Of a stretch of DNA of 64,000 bases, positions 52,414-64,000 are shown piece by piece; positions within the stretch are counted from its first letter, which is position 1, and each line of letters starts with the position of its first letter. The translations under genes were made by a program, and so were the position numbers. Origin of the DNA: Paragordius varius (lineage: Eukaryota > Animalia > Nematomorpha); the NCBI GenBank assembly GCA_964247055.1, contig OZ176051.1:6820001-6884000 (forward strand). The letters are read 5' to 3'. The notes beneath the pieces were generated by a model, which saw only the letters and a list, made by a program, of their open reading frames with translations, had not been told where the DNA came from and searched no databases.

Positions 52414-53159
52414 TACCATTTACACCTCAAGAGTGTCTTTAATTGAACATTTCAAATTGGTAATTGAACATTTCAAGTTGGTCCTTGATCACTTCAAGTT
52501 GGTCTTTAAACATTTTAAGTTGGTCCTTGAACATTTTATGTTGGTCCTTGATCACTTCAAGTTGGTGCTATGCTTGAGTTAGTTCTTGACTTCATGGTCC
52601 TTCAAGTTGGTCCTTAAACACATCAAGTTGGTACTTACAATTTTTAAATTTTTTAACCATAATTTTTGCATGTATTTTTTATTTTATTATTTTTTAACTC
52701 AAGTTTCTTTATTTATTCAATATTTATTCATTTAAAAATAAATTTTTTTATTTAAAAACCACTTTTTAGAAACTAATTTTCCAATTTAACTTTTAAATGT
52801 TTTTAATAAAAAAATTGTTAATAATAACCCAGAAAACCTATTTATTTTTTAATTACTTGTTAAAATCCTATAACTATCTAAAATAATGTTAAAAAGTTAA
52901 TAAAGATGTACGGTGTCTCAATGATTAAATGTTTTGATTTAAAGTATCAATGATAGAAAATAGGTTGAAGATAAAATATGTGAATGATATACGATTTGAT
53001 TGATAAAAGTTAAAAACAAAACAAAAAAGTCATAAGACCATTGAAATGTTCAAGTACCAACAAGTGTTCAAGGAACAACTTGAATTGATCAAGGACCATT
53101 TTAAATTGTTCAATGACCAACTTCAAGTGTATAAGGACACTCTCGAAGTGCAAATGGTA
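52414..53159. mobile_element. Foldback-like MITE, 746 bp, second copy of the 47513 family
   Basis: TA|TACCATTTACACCTCAAGAGTGTC ... GGACACTCTCGAAGTGCAAATGGTA|TA, with the same 21-bp arm repeats and the same AT-rich core in the same orientation. Confidence 0.9.
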
Positions 53160-54599
53160 TATTTAAGCAAAATAATTGATATTTGCATTTAATGTTACCT
53201 CAATATTGTTTTATAGTTGTATTTCAATACAAATAGAATTTCGCATGGTAATTATCAGGGTGATTTTTTACCTTTATTTGCTTGGCATACTTAAATTTAG
53301 TAGATTGGTTTTAGTTGGCGTCGACAAAGTAGTTTTAAGATATTTCCTCCAATACCTTTTATTTCCTATCACTTCCTAAATATATAGTATTTATTAAAAC
53401 TATCTTTTACGAAATACGCTCTTTTGGATAACATTTTATGAGGGTAGTACATAAGCCACTTAGCATCTTTCAAATCTAACTCCAAACTGACCTGAAAGTC
53501 ATATGTGACTGCTTACATTTTTAATTTATACGGCCCAAATTTTGACATAACAGTGTTTTATAAAGTGCAATTAAGATAATTGGTTAGATGTTTTCGCCAA
53601 CTTTTACAGGAAACTATTCTTTTTACACCTTTTGAAGCTTACATTTTGTATATGCAATATGTTTCAAACGGATCTGACAAAATGTTTTATAAAAAACTTA
53701 AAATAATATTTTTTGTTTTTTAAATAACTATTTTAATAAAATTGTTAAGGGTTATAAAAAAAGTTTAAATCCATTTATTCCATCTTGTGTAACATTTTTA
53801 GTGAAACATGAGAACAACTATTTAATTTTGAATTTTCCAAACCCATTTCATTCGATAGTTTAATAAAAAAGACAAAAAAATATTTTTCCATTCTAAAGCC
53901 AAATTTAATTGAAAATTTATTTTTTCGAAAATATTTATAATTATATCGTTTGTAATTCCTTCCCCCGTTTGTAAAGTTGTGATTTAGTTTCACTTAAAAA
54001 AAACTTTAATGACATACTATGAAAATTGGGGGCCGGGCTTAATGAATTTGAAAAATATATAATTAATAATCAGAATAATATCATAATTTTATATTAAATT
54101 GAGGTCTGATCTCTTCCATATATTGAGTCTTATATTTAGCTTCCCGCAGATTTTGTTTAAGTTTTCGCCTGTCAAATAATAATCGCTCTCATTAGTTATG
54201 AAAATCCATTGTTTTAACCCGTCAATTTTCACAGTAACAATATTTAATAAAAAAACATTTACCAATCATGTTTTTAAATTCCAGAATAATGAGTAAATAA
54301 ATAAAACAACTATTAAAATTTTACAATTATTTACATCGAATTTTACCGTTATTTCGTATTAGGACACATGTTTAATAATAATTGGATATATTTAAAACGT
54401 CACGGTGTATGAATATACAATGGGCAGACCCGACTTTACCAATAATATATTATTAATAAAACTATTTATTACAAATACTAAAAACTTTTGGGGTTAAATT
54501 TATGAAGTGACGATTTGTAAATATAAATATATAATTATATATTTGCAATCATTGTTACTAAATAATTAGCCCGTATTATGAAAATTTAAATAATTATTT

Positions 54600-54802
54600 T
54601 TAACGACATTGTTTTATAATAGTTGACAGGTAAATCTTCTTTGACGGTAGAATTATTTGATTACTCAAATTTGTTATGCCTTCACAATTAATTTGTGTCA
54701 AAATATGTGCAGTTAATGAAATTCCTGCCGTAACACCTCCATTGTTAGTGAGGAGACTTATTGTCATAAGACCATCAATTTGATTAATGCGCACCTAAAA
54801 TA

Positions 54803-54857
<55 letters not shown>

Positions 54858-57800
54858 TAATGTTTGACGCTCAGATTAAATGTATTTTATATATATTACA
54901 TGGTATATCTCATAATTTTGAACTGAAAAATGTATACAAAATTTATAATTTCAAAAGTCATAAAAGTCATTTGTTGTCTATAGCATTGATAATTAGAAAG
55001 AGAGACCTCTACAATTTTTTTTTTAAATTTTTTATGATGTTGGGTTAATTTTGGAATGAAGCTCATATATGGTAAAGAACCCTTGATTTTAATATGGCCT
55101 AGTATTCTTCTAGTCTATTCATATGTTTTTTACCAATTTTATAGTAGAAACGTAATTTTAAAAAGCAATCAATCATTTATTTTGTTCAAAATCATCAGCC
55201 TTCTACACTTTTTATGTCACTAGGTAAAATATGAATTCCGCGCTAGAAAAACTGATTGACTTTTGGGCTAACCAATCATCATTTTCCAACGTCTTCGAAA
55301 TTATAAAAGTGTGCTCTTCGAGGATTGCTTCGTTGATGCGAAGTTGTATAGTCGGATAATGCCAGGTCAGTATAGTTAGCGGATGCGGAATAATCTCATC
55401 AAAGCGATTTTAAGGTGCTCTTTAATTGATTTGATAGTTAGGAAACATTGTTAGGTAGAAAAATCGTTTGGCTATGTCTGGCTCATTACGCTTAATTTTC
55501 AATTAATGCACGGTCTTAATTACGTATTAATATTAATGATTTTGAACTTTAAACGTTTATAACACTCAATATCGCTCTAGACCCACAAGATGCATAGCGT
55601 TTTTTTCGAGACGATTTAGCCTTTTTGTAGATGGAGCGGCTAGACAAAATAAAAGCTACGATTTCTCAACTTTTGATTTGCTCACTAAAGCCATGGCTCA
55701 TCACCCGCTCTAATTTGATGCAAAATATTTTCTCCAACGGAAGCCGGATGCCACAAATCCCTTCGCGATTTTCGATCTCACGTTTATTCATAACTATATT
55801 AGTCTCAATTGATCGTAGATATCTGTTGGTTTATTTTGTGACACATGTTATGCTTTTCACAATTATCGGTAATTTTGAGTTGGGCCACCCTTCAATATTG
55901 CGCCTTATTTGCAGTTGTATAGCATACTATCGCGCTAACTTTTAATATTGCAATCCTAACTTTAAATATGGCACCATGTTTCACATGTTTTAATCGATCG
56001 ACCATGTTCACCAGTTTATCCAGCAAACGATAACTTCCAACAGCATTTTTTTCGGATGGCAATGAGTACCGCAAATGTAACATTTGACATGATCACTGAA
56101 TGATAAAAAACGTCTTTTGTTGAATCAATTTGTTTTGTTTGTCGTTTAAGTCTTATGAGCAAAATATGTATCAATAATCGCCTACGCACTTTTATTGACC
56201 TTTTCTTATTAAACCGGTATTAATGAAATTTGATTTCTAATTGATTAGTGCAATAAATATTATAATTTTTTTCCCACCATATCAAAGTTAATTTATTTAT
56301 GTAAATGTCAGGATTTAATATAAAATTATTTAATTTTTCACCATCGAATCATCACATTATTAAATTTTTTCAATATTTTCTTCCCATTAAGCGTTTTGAA
56401 GGTCATTAAAATCATTTATTATTATATACACCTAACTGACCGCTAAAATAATTGCCCCTTTCAGATTTTAGGATGTTTATATAAATTGTAAAAAAATCAA
56501 CTTTTGAACGAAAATATATATAAAAATAAAATGAGAAAGGCGTATGTCTTAAAACCTCAGTGTTCCCAGGTTAATAAAATATGTTAACATGATGAACACA
56601 CAACTTACAAAATAGTTTCTGCCTTTTCAACATTAAAATTAAAACGTATACCAATATAACTTTCATATCTCTAAATCATAAAATTGTCGATTAATACGGA
56701 AGCATTTGTCAAAACATAGAGTTTCACGCCCAAAAAACTAGTTTGAACAAAAAGTGCTAATCAGCTGATTATTAAATACTTGTGGATAAATAAATGACTA
56801 ATTTGTCGATTAATACGGAAGCATTTGTCAAAACATAGAGTTTCACGCCCAAAAAACTAGTTTGAACAAAAAGTGCTAATCAGCTGATTATTAAATACTT
56901 GTGGATAAATAAATGACTAATTATATAAAAGTTTGAAAAATTGTCTATAAAAATTCCAACCAAATCAATTTTGACCACTATATGTTTTGTAATTATTATT
57001 GGGAAAAATATGCTCACTTTTGATGCATAAAATGTATGAACAGCCATGATTCCGTTATTCAAATTGAATGTTTTATAATTGCATTTTCTGTTGCTCTGGT
57101 TAATCGAAAAAGATACCTATTAAGAATATAATAAATAATTTAAATTTGTTAAACCTCATTTTAACAAATTAAGAATTTATTACAATTAGAACAAATATAA
57201 AAATGTATTTGTGTATATACAAAATTCAATTTTGGTTTCAATTTTTGGAAGATTATTTATATAACGAATAAACTATAATCTGAAAAAAATATTGGCCTTA
57301 AATAAAGTATATAGGAAAAGGCTCCTAACATTCTTTACTAAATTCAAACATTTTATCGAGTTATATAATTATATTCTATATAAATCAAAATTTGTTTAAT
57401 ACAACTTTTTTATATATATGATTATTGTTAATTAGCCCGTGTGGTTATAATTAAAGCTAAAGTTGAATATTAAAAACACCATACTCTTCAATTCCGCACG
57501 GTTATATAGAATGATTCGTTTGTTTTAATATTGTGTGTATTCTGAGTTTTATAAGGTTGAGGCAAGATAACCAAAACTTTTAGTCTTGAGAACAGAAGAT
57601 TTTTTTACTAATGGCCAAATATCGAAGGCTTAATAATTTATTTTTATTATCAAGTCAAAAAAAGGTTAAAAATTTTATATTTTTTTAAAATTTATTGGTA
57701 AATTAATAATTTTTTAAATCTCTATATCATGCAAACTTGTACGAATTAAAAGCTATTCTTATTTAGTTGAGCATAATTTTCATTTAGCAAAAAACCCCAA

Positions 57801-60800
57801 TTTTCAGTAATAAAGTTTGACGTTTTTTGATGGAATAAGCATTTTAATTCATATTTAACTTGATAAAATTATTTTGTTTGATTTATTACTATATAACTGA
57901 CCCTAAAAAATATGCCGGATTTCAAAAGATCAACATTTACAATATGTAAAACTTCGCTTCAAATATCCAACGTTTAAGCTGACTTGCAAGCGATATTTAG
58001 ATATCTAGAAATAAAATTACCTCTCCATTCGGTGTCTCAATCGAAAAATTATTGTATATGGCATAAATGTTTTGAAACGAATCTATATCAAACAAATTGA
58101 TGGTTAAAATAATTCCATTTTCGGTCACCTCATTTACAGATTCATAAACAATCCTGATCTTTTTGCCAAACTTCGTGTCGATGCCCAATGAAACATTCCT
58201 ACAATAAGAATTTTTATTAAAAATTAAAACTATAATTATTGTAAATAATTTAGATCGATGTTCGATTTTATGAAAAAACAGCGATTATTGAAAATTTGAG
58301 TGCATAATTAAAGGGATTTTTTATATTCCTACTAAAAAAGATGTGAATTTTAATGTACATTAGATTAAAATAATTTTAAATGGAAGGTTTATCTGTAAAA
58401 AAATGGTTCTACTTTCTTATCTTTGTATTAGTCTTCTATATATAAAACTAGACAACAAACCATCTTTAAGTGCCATTTTTGTATATTTAAATTAATTTCA
58501 TAATAAATATGAAAAAAAATTAGTCTAACACCTAAGAATTTGTTTTTTAGGGTTTATCGAAAATTTTTGGCACCGATTTAACATAAACTCGAACCAAAAT
58601 TCAAAATTTTAGATATATATATTTACGTATTTTAAATTATAACCTCACCACCACTTGTGAATATTATTATTATGACTTGAGATAATTGTATATAAGCAAA
58701 CATCTCACCATGATATATGTGAATACATTAAACCTAATTATCTTATATATATATATATATAGATCATTATATAAACCACCATTTCATACAACATATAATA
58801 AATTTATCATTACCTTTACTTTGTCGTCCCCAGTTATCAGTAATTTAAATCAATCTGATGAAAAAGTTATTTTACCTTATATGGTCAAAATTTTAACCCA
58901 TAAATAAGTCTAAAATTTTCAAAGACAAACGAATTTCCTTATAAACATAATATAATTAGGGTTAGATTAGTATAAAATTAAAAAAATTGAAATGGATTTT
59001 GGTTTGTGTTTTAATAAAAATCATTTTTATCAAAATATTTTTACCTAGTGAATAAAATGTATAGTTATTTTTAATTTATTACTTAATGGTTATTCATAAT
59101 AATAGTCTTTAAATCTAGGCCTTTTAAAGAAAATAATTGCAGTAGATACTGAAAATTAATATCAAATAATATAATATAAATCGCGATGGATAATATTGAA
59201 AAGCTATTTTAATACAAAATTAACATTCAATTACCTTTTGGGTGTTTTTATATCTATTGAAATATGTTAATAAGTATTTAAGGTATTAAGCCAAATTTAA
59301 TCAAAAATATTTTTTGAAAAAAATTAAAATTATAAAAAAATCGTCATCTTAAACTTTTTTGCCGCCATTTTTTTTATATTTTTTTTGAATCGCTATTTCA
59401 ACAGGCAAATAACTGTGAATTATAAATGTAAATAATTGACCTTTAAATGGCTTTTGTGCTACATTTTACCAGCAAGAACTTGATATATTTTATTTTAATA
59501 TCAGCTGTTTGTCTCGATCGTGTTTTAGAGCTGTCCCAATTTTAGACTACAGAAGTCACAAAACTGTAAATATAAGCTTTTTTATCTATTACATGACAAC
59601 ATTGTTTGATTATTAAATTTTAACCAATTTACAAAATTAGCTCTGGGATACAAAAATACTCCAAAAGGTAAACTAGGGCAAAATGAAAAAGTAATGAATT
59701 GTTAAAAGATTTCATCTGTTATTTCGAATTATTTATTTCACAATTTGGTGGAATTTTTTAAAAAACAAAAAATTTATGGCTGTTTTGAATGACATAAAAG
59801 CAATAATTAAGTGTTTACTTTTTTGTGTTATTTTTTTTAGACATTTGCCATCTACACAAAGTTTGAGCTATTTTCATCCATTAATTAAAAATATATTAAT
59901 GAAAACGCTCTCGCTCCGCGGGTTTGCGCTTCCTATGTCCAATATTAACTTTTGATGTAAAACATGGTATGCATTGCTTTCATTCTTTAGTACGATATGT
60001 TACAATGTGTATATTTTTAAGAAAAACCGTTTTTCGTAAAATACTGATAAAAGGGGCGCATAAAAAATTAAATTATAAAAAATTCTTAGGTGGATTATAA
60101 TTTTTAATTCAGATTTACTGTTAAAAGGATACTAATTATCAGAAAATGCAAAAAAACTCGAGTGGTAGAAAAATTTGTGGTCTAGTGTGAATCATTTAAT
60201 GTTCGTCCTACTCGGTGGTAAATAAACGGCTCTTTACCAAATTTAAATTGAGTTTCACAAACTAAACTCAGAGTTTTCTGTGGTTCTGTACCAAAAAAAT
60301 TTTACATAGCTTGTGATAAAAAACATTTATAATATCTTCTATTCTTAGTCCAACTAATATCTCTAAAAACTAACCATACATATGAGCATATATAAAATTT
60401 TCACAAATTGCTTTGCAAAGTTATTTTAATATCTATTGACCATATATGGCTGATGTTTAATAATTAAAACGCGATGCTTTATAAAAATTATTTAATATCT
60501 GGAAAAACTGAAAAATAACAAATGTAACTAAAATTTTAATAAATTGATTACCGTAATGAAACAGGATTTGGGACTAAAACGATTAAATTGTATGATCCAG
60601 GAAAGGTAAGATTGCAGACATCGTCAATATGTATAAAATATTCTAAAAATTAACCCATGTTTACCTTTACCGAATATTTGTTTGACGGGTTCAATTTCGA
60701 CTTTATGGTATTAAAATATTTATGTGTTACAGTTAAAAGTAATTTATCTAAAATTGATAAGCTCTCTTGTAAAGTGGTAATAATTAAGGGGCTGCATATT

Positions 60801-61401
60801 AAAAAGGTTTAATATCGATTTTTGTCAAGATAGTATATTTAAATGTAATATAATTGGTGTTTGAATGACAAATTATAAATATCTTCACATATAAAGTAAT
60901 TATAAAATTATCGGTACTCTTTGATTCACGGTCCTTGAAACATGATAACTTCCCTTTGAATTTTAATTACCATTGGTATATAGACTCTTTTTGGTAATAA
61001 TTGTATCAAGACTCCATATAAAGTTTTGCACCAAAAAAATTATGATGAATGGTATTTTCATCGAATTTTCAAATTATATTTTGTAAATATAAAATAATAA
61101 AAAAATATAAAAATAATAAAAAATATGGATTAGATCTGCACAGATGGCTCCTGTGATTGGAATAAACAAAGGTATGAAAGTATACTTACCAGTACATTTT
61201 TGTACTACAAGATTAACTGTTGGGATAATATATTGTTGAGACCAATAAATATCGTTTGTTAAACCAATGAAGGCCAGAGATGGATTACGATATAAAAATT
61301 GTTGTCGAATTGTTACGATATCAGTACATATATCATACACTGTAATACCATCTTGGTGTTGGTAAAAGCGTGTCTGAAATTAAAAATACTTTATAAAAAC
61401 G

Positions 61402-61453
<52 letters not shown>

Positions 61454-62673
61454 GGTGATAATTAGTTTCAAGAAAATTAGACATTTTTAATTTTGCAACA
61501 GATGTTTTTTTATGGTTCAATACGGTTTTTTTGATTTTATACAAATGCCTGTGGATAATATAAACATCTTTATTAGAGAATGCGTCAAAATTATCTTACC
61601 TCCTTATTTCTGAGACTTAATCTGTAGGTTTTCTTAACTTTTAACGAAATAACTACTACCATTATCCTATTTGGTAGATGCAAGATGTTTTAAACCAATT
61701 CACTTTTCATACTTAAAAAAAAATAATTGGTTTAGATTAGTTATTAGAAAAAGTTGCATAAAAGCTATTATAATGGGATGGTGTCACACCATAAATTTAT
61801 AAACCAAATTCCTACAATCAAACGCATATTCATAGTTTAACGGTTTGACACATTTTAAATCATTAGAAATTTTTCTCCCCAATTCGATGCCGCTGATATC
61901 TATTATAAAACTTTTATTTAAATTTGTTAAATACTACTTAAATGTATTATATATCTTAATATAATCTGAATTCAACGATGACATGAAATAACGAACGACA
62001 TAATTGTGAAAAAAATGTTTTATATAATATTTATATTTTCATACCGTTTCCCGCATAGTGTAAAAATACGAAATTAACACTAATGCTCATTCCATAAAAA
62101 CAAAGTAAGTGTCTCTTATCAAATAATGAAATCGCATATCTGGGCTTTGAATTTTAAGAAAAATAACCAATTTTGACGGGTTGCAATAAGATTAGGCTTA
62201 AACAATATTATGCTATTCACATTTATATATTAATTTAAACCATGTATATAGAGATTTTGATTATATAAATTGGATATTTCATTTAAAAGCCCGAAAACCA
62301 AAAGCACCATATATTTTATGGAATTTGTATTAATAATGCGATATGTTATATTCTATGATTGCTCCGAAGATATTCGATTTTCAGTTTACCTTTTGAGCAC
62401 TCTCTATAGTATTTTCAAAAATTTGTATCAGCATCCTATATAGAATCGGCGAACTTAATTGTTGGACCGCCTTAATGCTTGAATATATGGTCAAATATCT
62501 AGGCGTTAATTAAAAAATTGTTTAAAATACTTTTAAAATTGGTTGTGGAAGAACATGCGAAGGGCGCAAAGTTTCCATTTTGATAAATACATCGTCTAAT
62601 TGTCCAATAGTTCCATAATCATCATTGGACGTTACTTTTCTTATACCAATCGTGGTAACATTTGGATGAACAT
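54600..62673 (-). CDS. 3' part of an unassigned multi-exon gene; weak resemblance to the vanin/biotinidase C-terminal (base) domain
   Basis: Phase-compatible exons 62673-62531, 61373-61190, 60642-60552, 58198-58021, 54794-54600 (TAA), giving about 260 aa rich in beta-strand-like segments. By-eye similarity only: YGTIGQLDDVFIKM, LAFIGLTND..QYII..LVVQKC, NVSLGIDTKFG, PNGE|VRINQIDGLMTISL. Upstream exons are unresolved. Confidence 0.6.
55177..56090 (-). mobile_element. Second decayed mariner transposase (Mos1-like)
   Basis: Minus-strand remnants MSN..HLRYSL..KNAVGSYRLL, KTCETW, IIPHP..YTDLALSDY..FAS and FEDVGK. Shares atacaacttcgcatcaa and tttcgaaga.gttggaaaatga with the copy at 36726-37545. Confidence 0.8.
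56684..56922. repeat. Perfect 2 x 119-bp tandem duplication
   Basis: The unit ttgtcgattaatacggaagc...aaataaatgactaat occurs at 56684 and 56803 with no mismatch I could see; it is intronic. Confidence 0.9.
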
Positions 62674-64000
62674 CTACATAGAACTTCATATATAAAATTA
62701 TATTGTTAAAATATTACTTAGAAACAATTTCATCCTAAAACTAAAACGACCAGGAATCGGAACAATAACAAACCTTCCCGTTCTTATACATTTTAAAACC
62801 CAAATGATTTTCCAGTTCCAGCAGACATTTGCTAAAATGTTTTGGTTTCGTTTCCTTTTGTGTTTATGTGGTTTTGAATTTCAATATTTTAATATTTACA
62901 TTATAATATTTTTTATAGAAAGAAAAAAAATGAGCTATAAAAATTCTTATTTTCTCTAAAAAATCTAAGAAACAGTATTTATATGGTTTAAAAAAATATA
63001 TAAAAAATTCATATGGCTGAAAAAAATATCAGGGTTGTGATACGTCGTTATATGGATCAGTCATTTAGGGAAGTTATAATGATTCAACGTCTGTAACTAG
63101 CTAACTTTAAGCCAGTTGGTAGAAACTAAAATTAAGTTAAAATTTATAAATTTAAAAAAAACATGCAAAAAAGTCAATATTGTGCGATAGGTTTAAATGC
63201 TTGATCATAAGATAAAAATAAATATTTTTAAAAAACGCTTGCATAGTTTGCTTTATTCTTCTGCCTTTTATTATTATTTTCTGTCTAGTTTAATTAAAAA
63301 ATTAGGTTATAAATATGATATCACTACGACCTGGTAATATCCCTGCCAATGATATTTTAAAAAAGTATTACATTTATATTTCTGTATGTATTCAACAGAA
63401 AATTGTTAGGGAATACATTTCCTCTTAATACCAATTTCGTAAAATGGCTTATGATATATTACTTTATACAAAATATAATTCAATGCCGAAAAAAATTAAA
63501 ATTATTCAATATAATATACATTTGCAAAGTTTTGAGAACAAATTAATATGGTATTAAAAATAATTGGCACCATCAATGTATGTTTAAAAGATGTCACAAT
63601 ATATTCAATTCTCTAAACGTGCAATAGCTTATAAATTTTAACACTTTGATTCATATTGGGGTATCTAAATACCCCAGACTAAATTTGAGTTGGGATACTA
63701 CTGAAGTAAACGGTCCCAATTTAAATTTATGCGTCTATCCTAATAAAAATTATATAAATATGCCAAAATATCTAAATAAAATTTTGTTTTGAAAAAAAAG
63801 TTCCATGTCAAACTACTTCGACGCCATTTTTATTTTACAAAATTTTTGCAAAATATCGTCTTCATTTTTTAGGGGTAAAATTAAAGCTATTTTTTTATTT
63901 AAATTATATTTATATTTGATAGAAATAGAAAAAGCGATTTATTTTGTATTATTTGTCAATTTTACCATTGCACACATGTCTCGTGACTAAATTTTACCTT

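Noticed and set aside
55631-55945. 104-aa plus-strand ORF
   Set aside because: It is the antisense reading of the decayed mariner on the minus strand.
60665-60720. Possible extra exon (..EPVKQIFGK) separated from 60642 by a 22-nt GT..AG segment
   Set aside because: No convincing acceptor for the upstream piece, and 61190 joins 60642 directly in phase.
1-64000. tRNA, rRNA or other structured RNA genes; species assignment
   Set aside because: No cloverleaf or rRNA-like sequence was recognised by eye (tRNAscan-SE/Infernal not run). AT richness, short introns and fast protein evolution fit several invertebrate lineages, so no taxon is claimed.

Overview
AT-rich animal (invertebrate-like) nuclear DNA with many short GT-AG introns, dense decayed transposons and one 200-N scaffold gap (1250-1449); the species cannot be identified from the sequence. 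Hand-assembled exon chains give five genes: (1) the 3' part of type I D-3-phosphoglycerate dehydrogenase (PHGDH, +, <308-5720); (2) a strongly diverged, insertion-rich Raptor (+, 13973-32981, 33 exons, about 1600 aa); (3) a convergent MCTP (-, 33328-49497, 22 exons, 1032 aa); (4) a divergent KLF-type three-finger C2H2 gene (+, 51303-52203) head-to-head with MCTP; (5) the 3' part of an unassigned gene with weak resemblance to the vanin/biotinidase C-terminal domain (-, 54600 to >62673). A Cys-rich exon missed by the ORF track sits at 6985-7169 (-). Mobile DNA comprises a non-autonomous Helitron family (162-bp mini, truncated tandem and 2.1-kb forms), several hAT MITEs, a 2.8-kb decayed hAT with an intact TSD, two mariner relics, an RTE retrotransposon 3' fragment and a foldback-like TA-TSD MITE family. 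The most notable points are an obligatory 29-nt intron, loss of Ca2+-binding aspartates in two of the three MCTP C2 domains, an intronless and unusually divergent Raptor RNC domain, and the mini-Helitron with two GNA-triloop hairpins. I found no clear-cut novel multi-gene system; all gene models are manual and unverified.
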